NCBI GenBank assembly: GCA_002104945.1
Contig: MCFH01000076.1
Location: 124,001 to 188,000 of the forward strand
Reading direction: 5' to 3'
DNA from: Piromyces finnis finn
Taxonomy: Eukaryota > Fungi > Neocallimastigomycota
DNA length: 64,000 nucleotides
The position numbers and the translations under genes are program-made. Shown here in pieces: positions 10,701 to 21,082 of the stretch; the stretch's first letter is position 1; each line of letters opens with the position of its first letter. The notes beneath the pieces were generated by a model. It was not told the DNA's origin, did not search any database, and saw nothing but the letters and a program-made list of their open reading frames with translations.

Positions 10701-12718
10701 TGATGTGAAGAAAGGAGTCCGTCAAGGTTGCCCTCTTTCTCCTATTCTCTTTAATCTCTTTATTAATGATATATTTAAAGAGTGCGAAGATCTCGGAGTC
10801 AGTTTAGGTGACACTCGATGCTGTGGTGGACTTTTTGCAGATGATATAGTTATTTGTGCTCCAACAAGAGGATGCTTAAAAAAGATGCTTAGAAGAGTTA
10901 ATGAATGGGCATTGTATAATGAAATGGAATTTGGTATCCAGAAATGTTCAACGATGGTGATTCGTCCTGAATCAATAGAAAATCAGAACAAGAGAGATCC
11001 AACATTTTACTTAGCAGGACAACCCATTCCAACTACTGATTGTTATACTTATCTTGGTGTTCCATTTGATAAGAATCTGTCCCTTAAACCAGTAATTAAA
11101 GCTCTTAATAACAAGGTTTTGAAAGGGCTTTTCTCAGTCAGTAAATTCTTAAGAAATCCTAATATTCCTATTCCTTTCAAAAAACTAGTACTTAACTCAC
11201 AAGTGATTAGCAGAGTTTCATACTTTGCACCATTACTTGGATCCAACAAAGCTAGGTCTAGGATTGCTCAGAAGCATGTTAACAAAGGAATACGATGGGT
11301 TGCCGGAGTTCATAAAGCTGTATCGTTTATATCTTTATACTCTATTTCAAAAGATTTGAATATTCCTCCATTGTCAGCCAAATGTGCGTTAGCTCAGGTT
11401 AGATGTTTTAACAAATGGAAAAACTCAAATTGTATTATCTCACACCTTGTCAATTACATTCCTAAATTTAGAAAATACACGTGGTGCAAATCAAGTAGGA
11501 CACTTGATAAAAAATTAAAGAAACATGGAGATGTTAAAGCAGTTAAAAACTTTTATTGGAAAGATCTCAAAGGGAATTCAATCAAAGCGCAATATTATGA
11601 TGATAATAAATTTATTGAAACTAAAGATTTTATTAAATTATGTTATGAGTACCCAGAGTTTGCCTATGGCTTCTACTGGCTATTGAAAGCAAGAAGCGGA
11701 TACAAGTTGGATGCTAGAGTTGCCAAAGCTACCAAATTTGTTGATCCAGTTTGTCCTAACTACTGTCCATGTTGCAAGTGTGGAGATCAAAGTATTAAAC
11801 ATTGGTTATTAGATTGTCCAACATTTAGAGATATCCGTATTAAACATTATGATTCTATAGTCCAGCTATTAAATTTTTTCAGTCAACGTAATTCCAATAG
11901 TCCTATCAATAATAATGAAATTGATAATATCAGTAGAGATAGTAATAACATTAATAGTAATAGTAACAATAGTAGTAATAACAATAGTAATAGTAACAAT
12001 AGTAATAGTAACAATAGTAATAATAACAATAATAGAAATAATAATATTAGTAATGATAGCAATAGTGAAGATAATAATTCTAATTTAAATAGTAATTTAG
12101 TTAATGATAGTAATAGTTCTAATAATCCGGTGAATATTAATGTGTATGATTATTCTAGTGTGTGCAGTAAAATATTTAAATTCCTTCTTGGGGGAAGAAG
12201 TTTTAACAATATTAATTACAATTCAAGGGAATGGAAAGAACTTTGTAAGCGTCAGATTCAATCTGATACTAACGAAGGAACACCATTCTTGACGGTAACC
12301 GCGGAACTTCTAACCAAAATCATGCCTTTTGCTATTGGCCAGCAATGGTCAATGTTCAAAAGGTTTGAAGCAACATCCAAGAGCGTCAATGCTGAAGAAA
12401 CAGTAAGACAGGCCAGGAGGGCCAGCGCAACCAATGGAGATCATAATTTTGTTCCATGATAAAATTTTGATCTTTGGCTCGGTGTCCCATTGGAAGTCAA
12501 ATACAATTATTATACTTTAGTATGATAGTGGCTTTCTTACTTTAATTAAAATTACTAGAATACATTATACCCAATTTTTATTCATTTGTGTTTATTTAAA
12601 CATATTTTTTTTATTTTTATTTATTTTTAATTTTTTATTACATGTATTATAATTTTAATTAAATTAATAATAAAGTGTAAAAATATTTGATGCCGTTAAA
12701 AAAAAAAAAAAAAAAAAA
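7773..12718 (+). mobile_element. Full-length non-LTR retrotransposon (LINE; RT motifs RTE/RTEX-like), single ORF, poly(A) 12698-12718, 14-bp TSD
   Basis: TSD TTGATTCTTTTTTT at 7759-7772 and 12719-12732; 21-nt A tail; one uninterrupted 1511-aa ORF; about 150-nt 5' UTR and 240-nt 3' UTR. Clade assignment rests on recalled motifs only. Confidence 0.92.
7924..12459 (+). CDS. LINE polyprotein: N-terminal RRM-like region + low-complexity linker + APE endonuclease + reverse transcriptase + C-terminal CCHC Zn motif
   Basis: APE motifs LSWNTNG, FQETG, ILVGDFN, SDIDHALI, SDHKPL. RT motifs GPDGIP, PKKGDLTDCDNYRGISL, EQFGFR, FLDLRKAYDSV, GVRQGCPLSPILFNLF, LFADD, YTYLGV. Zn motif CPCCKCGDQSIKHWLLDC. Confidence 0.96.
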   Translation: MSVLYIKDKNYIRRGTRSYGIPLDDIRSFFIRGIRSWSVNMLWEKLEVILEDKFNSVISVKYFQTFNDHFFLVKVHGSSKDCIKILHMLKKKLSVTSISFSARSRRNHKYTFSTLKRKILVSNKHQHSIQQSFQQSVQQSVQQSHQQSDLQQDLQQDLQQVSHHENIPDLQQTQFQSQHSTINSNSSINSDNSSIVDSSSVSQPSSNSSTYSSDASSINNDDFNNNNNSNDSSSSNKPDNFSFCLSWNTNGWNHEKRDSISYFTAIFKPLFLCFQETGNGSGSNTDYPCRVTLRNYRHFFKKADESVPGMRGLYLGFHNSCQASLENFSGKYIISIYTFSLWNRFKCSIGNVYMPHSHHNIYVDHAKLEVRLWLQTHSSHPSILVGDFNMSKVKLSNWLSTNGLGDWEILPLRGSTISWTRGDQSSDIDHALINSKMKDLVHSGSFINNFYPVSDHKPLLINGKIIPMEDFSNDFNVPKKILKWNRLKCIEEKESILSHNKFQILSAKSSDPNVSTDELSKEFTSTAFSIADELSITSANNVIKSSFHISQQIFNLQKIKMKLYKRFKKERIYDIDEFIKRIKIYRKLIDYIHKRCNEFRKQEYLHWIKTGCEYMKSHNPKKAWKWIKKTAKIGKDSFFIAQPIKNKNGELVVATEEQLDVWHDHFENLASDPSGVSLDLEHWYEEPTNKRFSLPMLDEWDINQDISIDEVKSAILTTPNYKASGPDGIPIEFYKALVPSSNDSNNATGNNSSGNTTSDNDAHGLNFILKLFNRIWDGDFPNSWNESSIVSIPKKGDLTDCDNYRGISLINNGIKLISKIVTTRISEYGLKNKFIRPEQFGFRKKEESISLFISIQEICRRRQLDNKETYLAFLDLRKAYDSVPIGNILHKLDCLGIRGKSLQFIKNLYLTSKANVKLDGQFSKSFDVKKGVRQGCPLSPILFNLFINDIFKECEDLGVSLGDTRCCGGLFADDIVICAPTRGCLKKMLRRVNEWALYNEMEFGIQKCSTMVIRPESIENQNKRDPTFYLAGQPIPTTDCYTYLGVPFDKNLSLKPVIKALNNKVLKGLFSVSKFLRNPNIPIPFKKLVLNSQVISRVSYFAPLLGSNKARSRIAQKHVNKGIRWVAGVHKAVSFISLYSISKDLNIPPLSAKCALAQVRCFNKWKNSNCIISHLVNYIPKFRKYTWCKSSRTLDKKLKKHGDVKAVKNFYWKDLKGNSIKAQYYDDNKFIETKDFIKLCYEYPEFAYGFYWLLKARSGYKLDARVAKATKFVDPVCPNYCPCCKCGDQSIKHWLLDCPTFRDIRIKHYDSIVQLLNFFSQRNSNSPINNNEIDNISRDSNNINSNSNNSSNNNSNSNNSNSNNSNNNNNRNNNISNDSNSEDNNSNLNSNLVNDSNSSNNPVNINVYDYSSVCSKIFKFLLGGRSFNNINYNSREWKELCKRQIQSDTNEGTPFLTVTAELLTKIMPFAIGQQWSMFKRFEATSKSVNAEETVRQARRASATNGDHNFVP

Positions 12719-12802
12719 TTGATTCTTTTTTTTTTTTTTTTTAATTTTAACCCATTCATAAATTTCATAAATTAGTACCCTGCTGATTTATTAATAAATA
12801 GA

Positions 12803-13284
12803 GCATTCATAAGGCTTCTGGTTCGACCCCCGCCATTGACAGTTCTTTAGCGATTTTCCTGTTTCAGGTTTGCGCTTAAAGTATAGGGGTTAAAGGTCAA
12901 TTCAGGTAAGTATAACTATACCACCGGACTCTACCCTAAGCAGTTAATTCAGATTGGTAGTTTTCTCCGTATCAAGCGGTTTTCCCACTGAAGTTTAGAG
13001 TATATGTAGGAAGGGGTATCAATTAATTCACAGATTACTAACTATGGTCTTTGAGGGTTGTTCTCATCGTTAATCATCCTTCGCCAATAAAGGTTCAGGA
13101 GATCACTGGTGTTGGTAGCTCGGTCTTTGTGTGATAGGATCGTTAAGAGCAATAAGCCATTCCATATTAGCCCTGCCCAGAGGGATGATTGTGCCGACGT
13201 CGTTCTGATATGGCAATGTACAATAATGTACAATCACATACCATATATAACTCAGGGGGGTTAGATGAGGATATATGGAAGTCT

Positions 13285-13304
<20 letters not shown>
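12803..13304 (+). mobile_element. Non-autonomous or 5'-truncated retroposon (SINE-like, or the 3' end of a different LINE) with poly(A) and 13-bp TSD
   Basis: About 500-bp GC-richer island; A-run at about 13285-13305; direct repeat ATTAATAAATAGA at 12790-12802 and 13305-13317; B-box-like GGTTCGACCCC near the 5' end. No visible similarity to the adjacent LINE. Confidence 0.8.
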
Positions 13305-13315
<11 letters not shown>

Positions 13316-13677
13316 GATTTTAATATTCAAATTCCAAATTAAAAAAATAAAATAAAATTTGAAATATTAATTAAAAAAGAAAAAAAAAGAAAAATTGTAC
13401 TTTTATTTTTACAAAATTAAATTTTAAAAAATATATAAATGACTAATAAAATTTTTATTTATTTAATTTTTTTTTATTATTTATAATACAAATGTTTTTT
13501 TTTTTTATAAACTTTTATTATTTATATAGATTATTAATTATTGAATCATTTTTTAACTATTTAATTCTCTATTTCTAATATTATTATAATGATTTTATTT
13601 ATATAATATAGCATTATGTGTATATATATTAAGATTTATATATATATAATAATATATTTTAAAATTCTGAAATTCCT

Positions 13678-16071
13678 TTAAAGTTCATCTTTTCCTTTAG
13701 CCTTTTCTTCAGATTTTATTTCTTCATTATTATTAAGCATCATTTCAACCTTCTTTTCAAATTCAGCAACTTCATTATCGTAAACAGACCATTCAGGTAA
13801 TAATCTACGAGCTCTATCTAATTTTGGTTCCTTGGTTAATGGGTTGTTACACTAATTATACAATTTAAAAAAATTGATTTTTTTTTTTTTTAGTTTAAAA
13901 TTCATTCTATTTTATATTTTATATATTAATCATTAACAAATTAAAAAAGTTTTCAATTATCTTACTAAATCAATAGTCTTGGCAGTCTTTAAGGAATCAT
14001 CATCACACCAGGTTTCACACCATAACCATTCTTGTGGTAATGAAAAGATTGGAATTGTATCTTGCATGTTATTTGGAAGATCTTGATCAAGATTAGCTAA
14101 AGAATTCTTATCAGCACTAAGCATTTGATATTCACCTCTTAATCTATCACCAGCAGCCATCTTTATTTAATTATTTAAAAAATAAATCATTTTTTTTTTA
14201 ATAAAAAATTTCTAAATGAGAAAAAAAAAAAAAAAAACTTTAAAACATACTTGTCTGAATTTTACTAAATCAATGACATATAAGGCACTTTTTTTTATTT
14301 GTTTATTATTTTATATAAATTTATTAGTTATATTTGTTTGTATGGTTAATGTATTTTTTTTTTTTTTAAATATTTACCTAATGTGATATGGTTTTCCACG
14401 TAAATGCTTTTCCCAGTAACCGGTTTTCCAGAATCTAAAACCTTCAGTTTCTTTTCTACTATCACAGAATGGGGTATAACCATATGGTGAACCGTGTAAG
14501 TCCATTTCAACTAATTCTTTAAGATCAGCTCTGACAATCTAAATAAAAAAAAAATTTTTTTTTTTTTTTTTATTTATTAAAATGTAAAATGGGTTATTTT
14601 TTAATAATAATACTTTTTTTCTTTTATAATCATTAAAATTTTGATATGTAAAATATTACTTGATCAGCATCAACGAAAATAACTTTTTCCAAGTCAAGTG
14701 GGAATAATACATCTAAGAAAAGAATCTTATAACTATAATAAAGGAATGTAGATTAATAAATAATAAATAATAAATTATGAATAATGATATAATAATTACC
14801 CCCAAATGGTTCTTTGCTTTTCAGATTGAGCTCTTAACCAGTGTGGCCATTTGTAAGTAACTAATTCATATTCAAAACCGTATTCCTTTGCTAAATGTGG
14901 AATAAAGTTCTTGAAGGATGGTGATAAGAAATTTTCAATAAGCCAGAATTTAACTGGAGTTTGGGTGTGTTTCATAACACCTAAAGTCATAACGGATAAT
15001 AAACGTTCGTATAAGTGACCAGAGGCAACAGAGAAAATATTAATTTTTTCTGCAGATTTCTTTGTCTCAGTACTGTTATTTTTATTATTGTTGTTATTAA
15101 TACCAAGCCTAATTTATTTATATTGAATAGTATAATAGATGTTGTGTTAGGAATAGTATTAAAAGTCTTTATCAACATTTAATGTAGTTATTATACAGGT
15201 GTATGTACTACTGCTTACTTTTTCTTTAATTTTCCCCAGATTTTATCATCATCTTTATTATCACTATTAGTGTTAGTACCTTCTTCAGATAATACATCTT
15301 CTCTTTCCATTCCTTTTTTCTTATCAACCTATTATTTATAAAATAAACACCCAATGGTTAATAAAAGAAATATATTGTAACACATATAACTATTGATCTT
15401 AAATTTTTTTTCTAAAAAAAAAAAAAAAAAAAATTTATGGAATATATACTCTTAAGAAAACAGTAGATCCTTCAAAGCTAGTTAAAGCAGTAGTAATTCC
15501 ATAATCTTCATATAATTTAACTAATTCATCATTTCTATCATCTAACCAAGAATTAATGCTGTCACCAACATTAATGATTTGATAAAGTTCAGCTGAACGA
15601 CCTGAACGAAGTTGTAATTCCCAAACACCTGGATTAGCCTTAAGTTGGAAATAACCAAGATTAGCCATTACAATAGTATCAACCATGGATGGGTAACTTT
15701 TTGTTCCTAAAATTAATTGAACACCTCTTGGTGGAGTATTTAAACGCATGTCTCTGGCATGACCTTCAATAAGAATATTCTTTAATTCAAATATAGCATT
15801 GACACCATTATCTTCTACAGACTTTAAACAAATATTATCTAAATCATGAACTGAAACAACTGGAGTAACGAGCCAAGCTTGTGGAGCTATAATTGATATA
15901 ATTTATTATCAATAATTTAAATTAAAATAGTTAATATAAAACATAAAATAATACTTATTACTAATTTATAAATTTACCATCAATGCCAACTGTAAATAAT
16001 GGGTCAATTGGAATGTTTTCAAATTCAGCCGTTGGTAATATTTGATTACTATAATTTTTTTTTAAAAATAA

Positions 16072-16106
<35 letters not shown>

Positions 16107-19100
16107 TAAATAATATATTAATTAAATAATAGTACTTTATTTCATTTATAACTGACTTATCATCATCAAAAGTCATTTCGGTATCAAAAGCATATCTATA
16201 GTATCTATCTAATTCTTGAACATCTTCATTTGGTTTTGGACTATATAATTGAACCTCAATAAAAACTTCTTTCATCTTACTAATAATCTATTTAAATAAT
16301 AAAAATTTAAAAATATTAGTTTAGATAATGGTTTATTATTATTATTATTCATAGCATTTTAAATTAATTACCATTAAAAATGAAGCAATCTTTTGACCGG
16401 TTTTAGAAGCTGGATCAATAACAGCAGTTAAATGATATTTAGCAGTTTCATCATTACCAGTATTAAAGTTTCTATATTAAATATAAATGAAGAAAAAAAA
16501 AAAGATAAATTAATAACAATAATAACAACAACAATAATGGGTTTTAGTGAACTTACGAATATTTGCTTTTAAACTTCTTTATATAACCAGAACCTATTCT
16601 ATCACTTCCAGAATCGTTAAAATCGGTTTTTACCTTATCCGCAGTATCACATGAGGCTACAATAGAGGTTGTTTTCATAATAAGGCTAGAATACCATTCT
16701 CTATTAAATGTATATACAAATTATTTAAAAATTAGAACAATATTACAGACGATATAATGTCTATTTTTGAAATGGAGATATAGGTATATATAAATGTAAC
16801 AAACGATATATGTACTTTATTGTAACGTCACCCCAATCAAGAGTTTTACCATAGGCTCTAACTTTACCAATCAAAATACGAATACGATGCTTGTATTCAA
16901 ATTCATATGAGAGTTTAATATCTTCATCAGTAAAAGTAACAGTATTCTTCCATGGTCCAATTAACTATATTTTAATATAAGGTGATTAATATATATAATG
17001 TATGCATATTATTAAAAAAGTAAATTTTTAACAATACTTACACGACCATTAATAACAATAGCTTGCATATCTTTTTTATCTCCAAGAGTTAGTTCAACAA
17101 TTTTGCTAACATCAACAGCTGGTTTTTGATTAATATAATCAACATCCTTTTGAAGAATAAGATTGCCGTACTTACTGTTTAATTCTTGAGCTTTCTTTAA
17201 AATTAATTCTTCACTAGCATCATCATCTAAATTTAATCTGGCTTCTAATAATTCTTTTATAAAATCAACTTCAGTATAATCAACATTTTTTGGGATACTA
17301 ACCATTGAAGCTTGATTTATTATATTTCTTATAACACTGGCTCTCTTATTATCAACGGAAGCACTATCAATAATAGAAACACGTGAACTTTTGCCACTCT
17401 TATCTTGAATATATTTGATCGCTTCTAAAGCTAATTTAATACCTTTATGACTGGATAAGTCAGAAATTGTCCAAATAGAAGCATGACTACCTAGTTTACC
17501 AGAATCTATATTGATATATATATGAGAAATATAATACAATTAATTATTATATAAATTTTATATTACTATAAAAATAATGTAACAATTTATTTTTAATATC
17601 AATTTACTTGAAAAGTATTTTAAGTTATCAATATTTTTGATAGAAAGAAGATCAATGAATTTAATTGGATTTTCATCACTTGGATAAATATAAATGTTCT
17701 TTCTCTTTCTTACATTTGGAGCATCAAGAATCTTGTTATAAATATTATCTTTATTAGTATATTCTTGATAGTAAACCTGTTAATGGATAATTTTATTAAT
17801 GGTATACAAAATTAATATTTATTTTTTGAAAGTTAGTTAATTTATTATTCTAAAGTTTTTCATATAAATGTAAATAATATACCTTTCTTAAAATACTGTC
17901 CATTTCATTCATAACAGAGGCCATCATTACTTGTTTCCAATCCTGATAATATTAGGAATTTAATAATAGTTTAAAGAATATTTATAATTTATGGTTTTAA
18001 TAAAAAACTAAAAATCTTTTTTTTTTTTTTATCACTATAAGTAATATATTTCAAAATTTTACCATTGAAAATTCAGAGTAGGCACCGTTAACGAAAAGAG
18101 CTGGAGATTCAGAGGAAATTCCGAATTTTTCACTGAAGTTTTTAAGTTCTTTATAATACTTTTTAATACCATATTCAAGAATATCATCATAATTTCTAAG
18201 ACTGATATCGTCATCAAGAAGTTTAAGTTTATTATCATCAAGAATCTTTTCAGTAACTTTTTTCAAAATAGCTTCATTAATATCAGATCCTTTAGATTCC
18301 TGATGTTTTAAAATAGAGTTTAATTAATTAGCTATTATTATTATTATAATTTTTATTTTAACATGCTAGATGAACTATATTTATTTAATTTCTAGTTTTG
18401 CATTTTTTATTCATTATAAATCTTTTTTTTTTATTGTTTTTTATTTGTTTATATACCTCTAAAAGTTTAACAATAAAGTTTTTAGCAGATTTTTTAGAAT
18501 ATTCTCTCATGAAAACCTCAAAGATAACACCAGCAGCAGAATCTTAAAATATAAAAAAAATTTTTTTATTATATTATAACTAACTATATAACTATATTAA
18601 AAAATTTTTTATTAATTATTTAGGAAAAATAAACATACTAATTTCAGTTTTCTTTTCTAAACCGACAATTGGTACAACACCAAAACGGATTGGGACACCT
18701 CTTTCGATGAAAACAAAGATTTCTGTGAAAATTTCAAGAACATTATTTTTGGATATATCAACAACAAATAAAGCATTGTAAAGGTTTCTTGCAATACGAT
18801 GCATTTGTCCTTGATAATATAATGGTTGTAATATCTTGATTAAAAATTATATATATATATATTATATGATTATTAAATAAATAAAATTTATTTTATTTAT
18901 ATATAGTAAAATTTATTTTATTATAGAATTTTATAATATTACTTCTCTAAGACTCTTTGGCCATTTTTCGTATCTGGAATCAGATTCTAAATTATTCCAC
19001 CAGGAAACAATATCATCACGAACATCATAGTATTCAATATCTGAACTTCTTTTATCTTCTTTCTCATCATTAGCACTATTTAAAAGGTTAACTGAATCTT

Positions 19101-20177
19101 TGTTGGAATAGCCTAATGAATTTAATTGTTTGATTGATTTATTTTCAGATGCAAAGATACGTAAAATACTGAATGGATTAAGATTCTTTGTATCAATTTC
19201 AAGTCCATTAACATAAAGACTGTTATAATCTGGAACATAGAAAAGTTTTTGAAGATATTTAATTTCAGAAGAATATTCTTCAATTAATGGCATTTGATTA
19301 ATTATATGACTAATTTTTGGATAATTAGAAGATAATTGATTTAAAACATAAAGTGGATTAGAACTAGTAGTAATATATTGTATAAGTTTAGTACCAAGAT
19401 CTTCAGTTTCATTTTTTAATAATTTCTTTAAAACTGGAATTTCTTGTTTTTGTAATAAATCATTGAACTTATTAAATTCTTCTTCAAGTTTTGGGTATGT
19501 TTCAATTAATCTGTTTAAACCAAATTCCTTACTAGGAATATTTGGTATTTTTTCATGGCTCTTTTTTATATTTTCTTTATCTAGTAGTAAATAGTTCAAT
19601 ACAAATAATAATGATTTATATTGTATTATTTAAAGATTTGCAAAAAAAGAGCAAAAAATTTATATTTATTATAATTCTATATAAAAACGAAATATGAATA
19701 TAACAAAAATTTACCATCTTTTTTTAATTTTCTATCATCAATAACTTTATATTCAGTATTTTTAATAGCCATTTCAACACCGTAACCAGAAATAGTTATT
19801 GGATTATTGTTATATTGCTCATCAGAGGATTTTTTGTATCTAATTACAAATGATAAACCTGCTTCTTCATTTATTCTTAATAATTCATCTAAATATTCCC
19901 CAAAATTTTCTGATAAAATATCTCCATAAAAAATAACAAAACCATTTTCTTTTCCAGAAGATGATCCTTTTACATGATCGGTTGGTAATGGAATTGGTGA
20001 TTTTTTGTCACTTTTAATAATTAAAATTTATTATATCATTACAGTTTTTTAAAAAAATTGAAGTAATTTCATTTTAATTTTATTTATTGAAATAAAATAT
20101 ATTATTAAAAAAAAAAAAAAAAAAACATTAAGTATACAATTAAATATTAATATAAATATTTAAAATACATTTTTGTT

Positions 20178-20219
<42 letters not shown>

Positions 20220-21082
20220 ATTTATGTCTACCTTTTATTCATGGTGTATTTTCCATCAACTAAAGAAATTTGTGCAATTTTCTTGAATGATTCCATTTCA
20301 CAAATTTGACTACCATACCAATCTAACCAATTTTGACAAGTATTATCAAATTTTGAGTTAGCCTTATGACTTGGAATAACACTAGCATTATAATAATGAT
20401 AATGAGATTGAATAAGTGGAGCTTCAGAACGTAAACTTAAGGATAATTTTAATAAAGATTCAATTTCTAATTCAGAAACTTCAGGAAGATTCATAGCATA
20501 TTGATATTGGTCATAGGCTGTTTTTGGAAAATCCTTTTCTTTTGATATTTTTGAAAGTAAAGGAAAGTATAAACTTGGTTTTTCTTTTGAAATAAATTCA
20601 CTTTTTTATGAAAATATTTATATCATTATTAATATATGTGTTGATATTTTTTTATATAAATAAATTGAGAATTAAAATTTGTTATAAAATTTATAATTTA
20701 AAAAATTATTTTGTTTATTTTTAAAATAAATAAATATTAATTAAATGTAATATTATTGAAAATTTATCATAATGTATATATTAATTTGTAAATATATGTA
20801 TTATTTGAAATCTGTTCTAATTTTAATTTTTATTATTTTTTATAAAATAAATTGTATTTGATAATTATCATATAATTTTTCTTTTTTATTAAATTAATTA
20901 TACTCTTTAAAAAATAAAGAAATAAATAATGCTTACAGAGCTTCCAAAATTAATGGTGTATTATCCCATGGTGTTTGTAATGAAATTTTTACTGGTGGTG
21001 AATCTTTTTTAATATCTTCACATTTTACATTTAATACTATTAGAGTATAAATGAATATAGAAAATATATTCCAATATTTCAT
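13678..21082 (-). CDS. UGGT: UDP-glucose:glycoprotein glucosyltransferase, about 23 exons
   Basis: Signal peptide [21 protein letters not shown], then [20 protein letters not shown]; [20 protein letters not shown]; GT24 domain [15 protein letters not shown]...[15 protein letters not shown]...[10 protein letters not shown]...DQDLPNNMQ...[12 protein letters not shown]...[14 protein letters not shown]; C-terminal KDEL before the stop at 13678-13680. GT-AG junctions traced by hand; some internal boundaries are uncertain. Confidence 0.95.

Noticed and set aside
12381-12423. Hammerhead ribozyme, suggested by GTC, CTGAAGA and GAAAC
   Set aside because: The core elements are out of order. GAAA overlaps CTGAAGA instead of following a stem II, and only 4 nt separate GTC from CTGA, too few for stem I.
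12803-12840. Intact tRNA gene
   Set aside because: Only a T-arm/B-box-like motif is present; no acceptor stem, D-arm or anticodon arm can be folded.
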